Position numbers and translations under genes: made by a program
In this document: in pieces, positions 9,153 through 16,832 of the stretch
Layout: every line of letters starts with the position of its first letter
Numbering within the stretch: position 1 is the first letter of the stretch
Origin: Tubiluchus corallicola
Lineage: Eukaryota; Animalia; Priapulida
Length of the DNA: 16,832 nucleotides
Assembly (NCBI GenBank): GCA_030141605.1
Contig: JAQGDQ010002044.1
Span: 1 to 16,832 of the forward strand
Reading direction: 5' to 3'
Notes under the pieces: model-generated
Databases searched by the model: none
The model's input: the letters and a program-made list of their open reading frames with translations, nothing else
What the model was told of the DNA's origin: nothing

Positions 9153-10066
9153 GGTAACCGGTAATAAAGTCACAGGAGAAAAGTCACGGAAAACGTCACA
9201 ATGGAATCTAGGAAAAAAGTCACAATCGTGGCTAGGAAAAAGTCGCAATTGTGGCTAGGAAAAAAGTCACAATTGCGGCTACGAAAAGTTACAATTGTGG
9301 CTAGGAAAAAGTCACAATTGTGGCTAGGAAAAAAGTCACAATTGTGGCTAGGAAAAAGTCACAATCGTGGCTAGGAAAAAGTCACAATTGTGGCTAGGAA
9401 AAAGTCACAATTGTAGCTAGGAAGAAGTCACAATCGAGGCTAGGAAAAAGTCACAATTGTGGCTAGGAAAAAAGTCACAATTATGGCTAGGAAAAAAGTT
9501 ACAATTGCGGCTAGGAAAAAGTCACAATTGTAGCTAGGAAAAAGTCACAATTGTAGCTAGGAAAAAGTCACAATTGTAGCTAGGAAAAAGTCACAATTGT
9601 AGCTAGGAAAAAGTCACAATTGTGGCTAGGAAAAAAGTCACAATTGTGGCTAGGAAAAAAGTTACAATTGTAGCTAGGAAAAAGTCACAATTGTGGCTAG
9701 GAAAAAAGTCACAATTGTGGCTAGGAAAAAAGTTACAATTGTAGCTAGGAAAAAGTCACAATTGTGGCTAGGAAAAAGTCACAATTGTGGCTAGGAAAAA
9801 GTCACAACGAGGCTAGGAAAAAGTCACTATTTTGGCTAGGAAAAAAGTCACAATTGTGGCTAGGAAAGAAGGTCACTATATTGGCTAGGAAAAAGTCACA
9901 AATTTGTCTAGGAAAGAAGGTCACAGGAAAACAGTTACATTTAATTTTGGCTAGGGTTGGGGTTACGGATACGGTTATGATTAGGGTTAGATCTGTTTTT
10001 CCTGTGACTTTTTCCGTGACTTTTTGCTAGTGACTTTTTTACCAGTGACTTTTTTACTTGGATTCG
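9153..10066. mobile_element. Foldback-like non-autonomous element with modular inverted ends
   Basis: The left end has tandem aaaagtcac modules (9165-9200) and the right end has inverted gtgactttt modules (9997-10057). A degenerate ggttag/ttaggg patch lies at 9951-9990. Confidence 0.55.
9207..9926 (+). repeat. 23-24-bp minisatellite (gctaggaaaaa[a]gtcacaattgtg), about 30 copies
   Basis: Head-to-tail units with no unique spacers. Most units contain the palindrome cacaattgtg. Confidence 0.97.
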
Positions 10067-10643
10067 ATCACATACCCCTGTTGCTACTGTCCATAGAGAC
10101 TGCGGACGCTGATTGTACGATTATTTATTTCAACACCAATTTCTCTCTGACGCCTCAGAAATCTAGAGACGGAATTCCAAAATATTATAACCCCAAAAGA
10201 GAATTCATTATTAACAGCGTTTCGCATGTTAAATCTTTTATGGTGATAAAATTCCTCGTTGAAATTCCACAACGAGCCGAGAAAACTATTTCATCGACAA
10301 TTTAATTAGCTTTAATCTCGAAGCCAGACTCTTTACTCCAATAGTGACTGCTAATAAATCGTAAAATCAATTTAGACAAACCATTTACTGAAAGCTTAAT
10401 ATTAAATTAGAGTCGAGTCCGTAAAACTGGACAACGTCACTTCTAAAATATATTTAGAAAATGAGCTTCATTAATGGAAAACTCTGAGCAGTTTAGTACT
10501 AAAATGTTTACCTTTCCAAAATAATTTTGGCCTATTACAGACGTTTTACATGTTTTTACTTTTATTTTGTAATATTTTGATGAAAGTTAATACTAAATTA
10601 TTGCAGACATGGTTACATTATCATTGCCTGTTTGACATTTCAG

Positions 10644-10792
10644 ACCTCAGGCATCATCAGCGTTATTTTTCCAGTACAACACGCAACTTGGTCCACCTTA
10701 TCACGTGCTCATAGATACGAATTTCATCAACATTGCATTGAAGAACAAATTGGATACATGGCAGTCTATGCTTGACTGTCTTTATGCTAAAT
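10644..10792 (+). CDS. FCF1: Internal exon (149 nt) of rRNA-processing protein FCF1/UTP24 homolog (PIN domain)
   Basis: tttcAG|a cct cag...gct aaa t|GTAAGT translates to [49 protein letters not shown]. This matches the recalled FCF1 signature [25 protein letters not shown]...DCLYAKC. Other exons were not identified in the window. Confidence 0.92.
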
Positions 10793-11478
10793 GTAAGTGG
10801 TCAGTGTGGTACTGAAAATATTGTGATGAAAGCAAAATCTTAAACTGCAGGTCAAAGCAATCTACTATCTAAGATAGTGAAAGGAAACACACTATTTTTT
10901 TAAAAAATGGCTTACGTTTCAAAACAATTATTGCCCACAGAAACACAATTTCACGTTCGCGCCACTAGTTCTTCACTGTTACATGCATTTCACCATTCGC
11001 TAGTTAGAGGAGTACTAGCGTCTCTATCTCGGAAACGCGTTGCACAAAAAAACGTGCTATACCTCTTATTTCAGATCAGTTGTGAGGTAGTGCTTTTACC
11101 GCTTTTGTTATGTGTGAGCAAAGCGGTAAACTTGAAATTTGAATTTTAGCCGCAAAACTTATGCAACCACATGCAACCTATCTTTCGTTTATTCCTCCAT
11201 TTTTATTTTTCTTTCCTCCTGTTTTTTCATTTCTTTTTTCCTTCATTCGTTCGTTTCTTTTCATTTTTGAGCCCTTCCTTCCTCTTTCCTCTGAATACAC
11301 GTCAGATTGTCAGGGAGTTTAAATTATCCTAAAACATGCCTAAACATTTTCAAAGGAGGCTGCATAATTAGCTACCCTACGTGTCATATTGCTGGAATTA
11401 TTAAGCATCTAATTGCTTCTGCCAACATCAAAGCTAAAATATTCAACCTCCTATTAACTATGATAATGAGTCAGTGGC

Positions 11479-12016
11479 CATCTTCCTTTCTTATTTCCTT
11501 CCTTCCTTGCTTTCTTCCTTTTTTCCCTCCTCGCTTCCTTCTTTTCTTCTTTGTTTTTTTCCTCGCTTCCTTCTTTCCTTCCATCCTTTCTTCCTTCCTT
11601 CCTTGTTTTCTTCCTTCCTTTCTTCCTTGTTTTCTTCCTTTCTTCCTTCCTTCCCTGCTTTCTTCCTTCCTTTCTTCCTTCCTTCCTTGCTTTCTTCCTT
11701 TCTTTCTTCCTTCCTTCCCTGCTTTCTTCCTTCCTTTCTTCCTTCCTTCCCTGGTTTCTTCCTTTCTTTCTTCCTTCCTTCCTTGCTTTCTTACTTTTTT
11801 CCTTGCTTTCTTCCTTCCTTCATTGCTTTCTTCCCTGCTGTCTTCCTTTCTTCCTTCCTTTTTCCTCACTTCCTTCTTTCATTCCTTCCTTCCTTGCTTC
11901 CTTCCTTCCTTGCTTTCTTACTTCTTTGTTCCTTTCTTTATTCTTTCCTTTCTTTCTTCCTTCAATCCTTCTTTCGTTTCTTCTTTCCCTGCCTCCTTTC
12001 TTTCTTATTCCTTTTC
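11479..12016. repeat. Long polypyrimidine (TTCC/TTTC)n low-complexity tract
   Basis: Almost purely C/T on + for about 540 bp. A shorter related tract lies at ~11181-11292. Confidence 0.95.
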
Positions 12017-12444
12017 TACCAACTGTGTAGACCTTCTCTCTTCCCTTTAATTAATCCATCTAATCGACAAAAGGCATTTTCTTGTCTTTCTAGTTAATCT
12101 GGTCGAAAATTAGTATCTAAGATAGACATCTCAATTACGTCTGTCATTGTTTTCAAATTTTCTTGGAACTTTATTGAGTTTTACAGTTTAGAATTTTAGT
12201 TACCATAACAACCATAGAGTTTAGGACTTGTCAAAAATTTTTAACTCTACTTTGATTAATTAATATAAATATATGCAAAACTTCCGCCCTATAAGCTCAT
12301 CAATCAAGCACAAATGACGTCATCGATTGATAATCGATTTCGAAATCAGTATGCATGTGATACTGCATTAACTTTTCAGAATCTTAATGAGGGGACGAAG
12401 ATTTCGTTTCCGTTTTTTCTTGTGTCCTTTCTAGACACAAGTTG

Positions 12445-12781
12445 GTCTGTCTGTGTCTGTAATTGTCTGTTTGCAATTTTCTCTTGGCAATTGTTTCTTT
12501 GCAACTGTTTGTCTGCTATTGTCTGTCTGCAATCGTCTGCTTGCTGTTGTCTGTCTGCAATTGTCTATCTGTAATTGTCTGTCTGTAATTGTCTGTCTGC
12601 AATTGTCTGTTTAGTATTGTCTCTTCGCTATAGTCTGTCTGCAATTGTCTCTTTGTAATTGTCTGTCTGCAATTGTCTGCGTACAATTGTCTGTCTGCTA
12701 TTGTCTCTTTGCTATTGTCTGTCTACAATTGTTGTCTGTCTGCAATTGTCTTTCTATAATTGTCTGTTTGCAATTGTCTGT
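12445..12781. repeat. Degenerate ~14-bp minisatellite (ttgtctgtctgcaa)n
   Basis: Repeated aattgtctgtctgc variants. Confidence 0.92.
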
Positions 12782-14367
12782 AAAATAAGAGGCTTTTAAT
12801 ATTGCGCGTTGAAGCAAGAATCAAGAAATTCTTTAGGCGAAATTTCAAAGAAAAGGGAGGGGAATTTTAAAGACAGTCCCAAACACTTTTCATACAAACT
12901 TATATGCATTACGCTATCCCGTTTGAAAGACGTAACTGGAAAAGAAAATTCGTAATACATGTAATAAAATATTCGTGCCACCTGATAAACTGCATCAATA
13001 TCCCAGTGTGCACCACTGATTCACAAAAATACATTCACACATTACTGATCCTACAGACAATATAAAGTAATTTGAACTTTTGCTTAGCTAGTGAAGAGTA
13101 TGCTACGAATGCTCTGATTATTTTCAAACTTTATGCAATGTTGTCTAAACTTAATGAATAAACTTAGTTAATTCAAGCTAAGTCAGTAACTTGTTACTGA
13201 ATAAAATTAGTACTAGATTCAGTAACAAACATGGCTGCTTTGAACAACAATTTTAGTTTTGTGCTTTTGCCTAATATTTTGATATAATTGCAGAAGAAGA
13301 CACTAAAGAGCTCTACTGAAAAGTCTTATGTCTTTCAGTTTAGTTACTGTATGATTGCATATACTTGTGCACTGTGCAATAAATGCTGAAACTTTACCAT
13401 CATGGTCTTAGTATTATTTAAAGCATTACTGAGTCTAAGAGTCAGAGAGACGTGAAGTGGCTCTGCTGTTAATGTGGGGTATCAAAGTACCACTTGCTTT
13501 CTAGATTATGATAACATTACAAGGCCTCTGATACCCCAAACAAATGCCTGTTACTGATTTGTGTGGTCCTATTGGTAACAGACAGTCTTTAAAGGACAAG
13601 TAAACGCTCTTTCATGACCTTAAAAATTCGTCTTCGTCACTTACATGCTGTCTTATTGCATACAGGACTTATATATGATATATCTCAATAACATTCGCAT
13701 AACTGGGGCCTCCGTATTTCAAATAAAGGGCTTCAAAGAGGGGTGCTTATCTCAAATGAAGGGCACTTTATCTCAAATAAATGGCTCAAACAGAGATCCT
13801 TTGTCTCAAATGAGAAGCCACTTTAAAATTGGATTTGCAGACTTCGTGGCCTCCTTTTTTAAAGTTGAAATTTTATTTTAAGTTATATGAATTATTGAAT
13901 AACGCAAGGAACGGGCCCCCAAGCTTGAGTGGCTGCAGCCTACACCAGTCGTCACGTGAGTTCGAATGGCAAAGGTTACTGGGTCACTATAGTGATCCTT
14001 TGTATTTCATACATAAATCATTAATGTCAGGACAAATATCAACTAATCAACCAAATTTCAGTGGCAGCGAGTTTATTCCTATTTATCTGTTACTAAGGCG
14101 CTTGTAAATCACGGAGGCAAAGAACGGCAAGAATTCTGCAAGCAGCGTCTCAGAAGTCTGTTCTCAGAAATCGTATTGAAGTTATGAAGATTGAATATTT
14201 TTCCGTGAACATCAGGGAGTTTCCATGAATGACTCGGGTGACTCATGCTGCTATTAATATCCCTTCCTCTCTGCCCAGTGGTTTACTATAAATGAAAACT
14301 GCGCTTTTTGTTTCTGTTGTAGTGAGTAGTTTTACATGAAGATTATTGCTGGAGAAGAGATTTGTGA

Positions 14368-14515
<148 letters not shown>

Positions 14516-14519
14516 TTTT

Positions 14520-16278
14520 ATATAATAATAATAAATCTTTATTAAAGAAATGAATATATATACACAAAGGTGCCTCTTTTTGCAGGCTCAAATCAACAAA
14601 TTACATTTTCACATAACAAATCTTTTAAATCCAGTTTCACACTATGTACAACGAATAACATTTTATACTTAAATTAGATATAATTTCAAACGAATCACAA
14701 GTATTATACAAACAAATTAACTTTACACAACTACATAATTTATTTTTTTATACTGGAGCGGGCCTAAATTAACAGTTACTTAGTATAAAATTGTCCCTGA
14801 TCAGGTTAGTGAAAGCCATTATTAAATTTTTATCAGGTTGAAGCAAAATATTACGTGTATAATTGGCATCAGCTATTTCCATGAACGGCATTCTTTTTGC
14901 ATTATCTATTTTATTACATCTGAATAAAATGTGCTGAGGAGTTTGCTCTTCTTCTCCACATGGACATAAACTAGTATCACACATATTAAGTCTATACAAA
15001 AAGCTGTTAAAATTCCCCTGGCCAGTTAAAAAGGACATGGCAATGGATTCTATTTTCCTTTCATTATTTCCAAGTGGCAAATTTAAGGGTGTACATTTTA
15101 TATTCTGTATTTCAACATTATCTCCTCGAAATTGCATAACATGCCTATATTTAGTTGCCCAGGTATAAGAAACATAATCTGTAATTTGACGTTTGGTATA
15201 AATTAACATATTTTCAGGAATTTGTTCAAGATCTGTATTACGAAAGTTTTCATTCCAGACAAATTTTAAAAAGTTTCTCACAGTCTGCACATTTGTATAC
15301 ATAATATTTTTATAAATATGTCTTCCTGTCAGACGTGCACTACCATACCGCAGAATCTGTTGTTTTACTAAATCGTCAGCGCTCTGACATAATGTCTTAA
15401 GACATGATTTAACCACAATTACATTTAGTTCAATGTCTAACGGTGGAAGACCACAAAGTAATTCCAATTTAGTACGATCTGGTTTAAAAGCCAACCCCGC
15501 AGAAACTTTCATTATATCATAGGTTATATCTTCAAATACGGTAAGTTTTTTACCTAACCATACAATAGCACCATACAGTATAATCGGCAAAATAGTAGTT
15601 TTATAAATATTTACAATGGTAGCAAGTCGCAAACCTGCATATTTACTGCAATTGTTTTTTACTTTCAACCATCTATACCATACCTTTTTATGAACATTGC
15701 CCGCGTGTTTAACAAATGTTAATTTCCGATCAACAGTTAGGCCTAATATTTTGCTGTCTTCAACAAACAATATTTCATTGTTACTAATTTTTAAATTGTC
15801 TGGCTTGTTATTTTCATCCCATGCCCCTACTAGCAATGCTTCTGTCTTACCAGGTAACGTATTTATCTTTAAACGCCATTTCTGGCACCATTTGTGAAGC
15901 ACATCACAACAGCTTTGTGCAATTGTAACACAGGTTTGCGGGTCTGTATTTGACACATGCAAAGATCCATCATCAACATACTTGTACTTTTTAACAGAGT
16001 CATGCATATTATAAAACATATCTGCAATGAAAAATATAAACAGTATTGGGGCTATAACTGACCCCTGTGGGAGTCCTAAATTGCATCGATATTGATCGGA
16101 CATATAATCATTTATCTTTATGCAGATATTGCGATTTTGTAATATATATGCTATAAGGCGTAGCATAGACCCTCGTACATTTGCACAAATAAGTTTAAAT
16201 AATAAACCTTCAACCCAAACACTGTCGAACGCTTTTTCGTAATCACAGCAAATTGTTATACCGTATGCATTATTCAAA
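14520..16278 (-). mobile_element. 3' half of a non-LTR retrotransposon (LINE) including 3' UTR
   Basis: RT ORF followed by ~250 nt of AT-rich UTR, an AATAAA (14538-14543, minus strand) and a short (TTA)n tail next to the microsatellite. Confidence 0.8.
14769..16278 (-). CDS. Non-LTR retrotransposon reverse transcriptase (5'-truncated) with C-terminal CCHC knuckle
   Basis: Motifs DYEKAFDSVW, GLPQGSVIAPILF, YVDD, KILGLTVDRKLTF and CPCGEEEQTPQHILFRC. The frame is open for ~500 codons. The first ~23 aa of the tracked ORF lie across the inversion junction and are not genuine. Confidence 0.93.
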
Positions 16279-16832
16279 TGCCAGTAATTATCGTCCAATA
16301 ACCATTTCTTCGTATGTAGGTAAACTTGTTGAGCGTTTAATATCAAATAGACTTAAAAATCATTTCTTTCAGTTAAACTGCATTGATACAGAGCAAGAAG
16401 GCTTCATAAAAGGCAAAAATACAGTACGTTATTTAACCAGATTAGTTACTGATATGGAAGACGACATTTTGAATAATGCATACGGTATAACAATTTGCTG
16501 TGATTACGAAAAAGCGTTCGACAGTGTTTGGGTTGAAGGTTTATTATTTAAACTTATTTGTGCAAATGTACGAGGGTCTATGCTACGCCTTATAGCATAT
16601 ATATTACAAAATCGCAATATCTGCATAAAGATAAATGATTATATGTCCGATCAATATCGATGCAATTTAGGACTCCCACAGGGGTCAGTTATAGCCCCAA
16701 TACTGTTTATATTTTTCATTGCAGATATGTTTTATAATATGCATGACTCTGTTAAAAAGTACAAGTATGTTGATGATGGATCTTTGCATGTGTCAAATAC
16801 AGACCCGCAAACTTGTGTTACAATTGCACAAA
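15914..16832. repeat. Inverted duplication: arms 15914-16278 and 16468-16832 (365 bp visible), 189-bp spacer
   Basis: Position i pairs with 32746-i. No mismatches seen by eye. Confidence 0.96.
16271..16831 (+). CDS. Second, oppositely oriented copy of the same LINE RT (partial, runs off the window)
   Basis: Reads YSNASNYRPITISSYVGKLVERLISNRLKNHF...EQEGFIKGKNT...LNNAYGITICCDYEKAFDSVW...PQGS...YVDD. It includes the upstream NYRPI/QxGF RT motifs missing from the minus copy. Not in the ORF track because there is no stop before the window end. Confidence 0.92.

Noticed and set aside
9207-9926. CRISPR array
   Set aside because: Units are head-to-tail with no unique spacers, there are no cas genes, and the context is eukaryotic.
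9951-9990. Telomere or interstitial telomeric array
   Set aside because: Only one or two exact TTAGGG units, embedded in a repeat element.
11307-12097. Phe/Leu/Ser/Pro-rich and Lys/Arg/Glu-rich ORFs
   Set aside because: They are stop-free translations of the polypyrimidine tract.
13705-14118. Possible element with tctcaaat repeats and gcctccgt/acggaggc ends
   Set aside because: The boundaries are ambiguous (alternative end at 13911-13920) and the inverted matches are too short to call.
14769-16346. Retron, DGR, group II intron or defence RT system coupled to the deiminases
   Set aside because: The motifs (NYRPI, KAFDSV, PQGS, C-terminal CCHC) and the 3' tail are those of a non-LTR retrotransposon. 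It is >11 kb from the deiminases, with no evidence of functional linkage.
16279-16346. N-terminus MILNAQQVYLHTKKWLLDDNYWH of the 525-aa ORF
   Set aside because: It is the antisense read of the plus-strand RT copy across the inversion junction, and it begins at a non-ATG codon.
15914-16832. LINE twin-priming 5' inversion
   Set aside because: Twin priming inverts the 5' part with little or no overlap, whereas here >=365 bp are duplicated.

Overview
AT-rich, repeat-dense eukaryotic (most likely invertebrate animal) genomic DNA, not a prokaryotic locus. It contains two tandem, intronless minus-strand paralogues of the agmatine deiminase / Porphyromonas-type peptidylarginine deiminase family (1028-2125 with a signal peptide; 2457-3479 without). 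These sit between two apparently identical inverted copies of a >=756-bp segment (1-756 / 7204-7959). A single GT-AG exon of the rRNA-processing PIN nuclease FCF1/UTP24 (10644-10792), absent from the ORF track, supports a eukaryotic host. The rest is transposon debris (Harbinger-like, Kolobok-like, Tigger-like and foldback-like elements), mini- and microsatellites, and a non-LTR retrotransposon RT that folds back on itself at a microhomology junction (15914-16278 / 16468-16832). Both window ends lie inside perfect inverted duplications, so an amplification or assembly artefact must be excluded. All family assignments come from motif recognition by eye; no searches were run.
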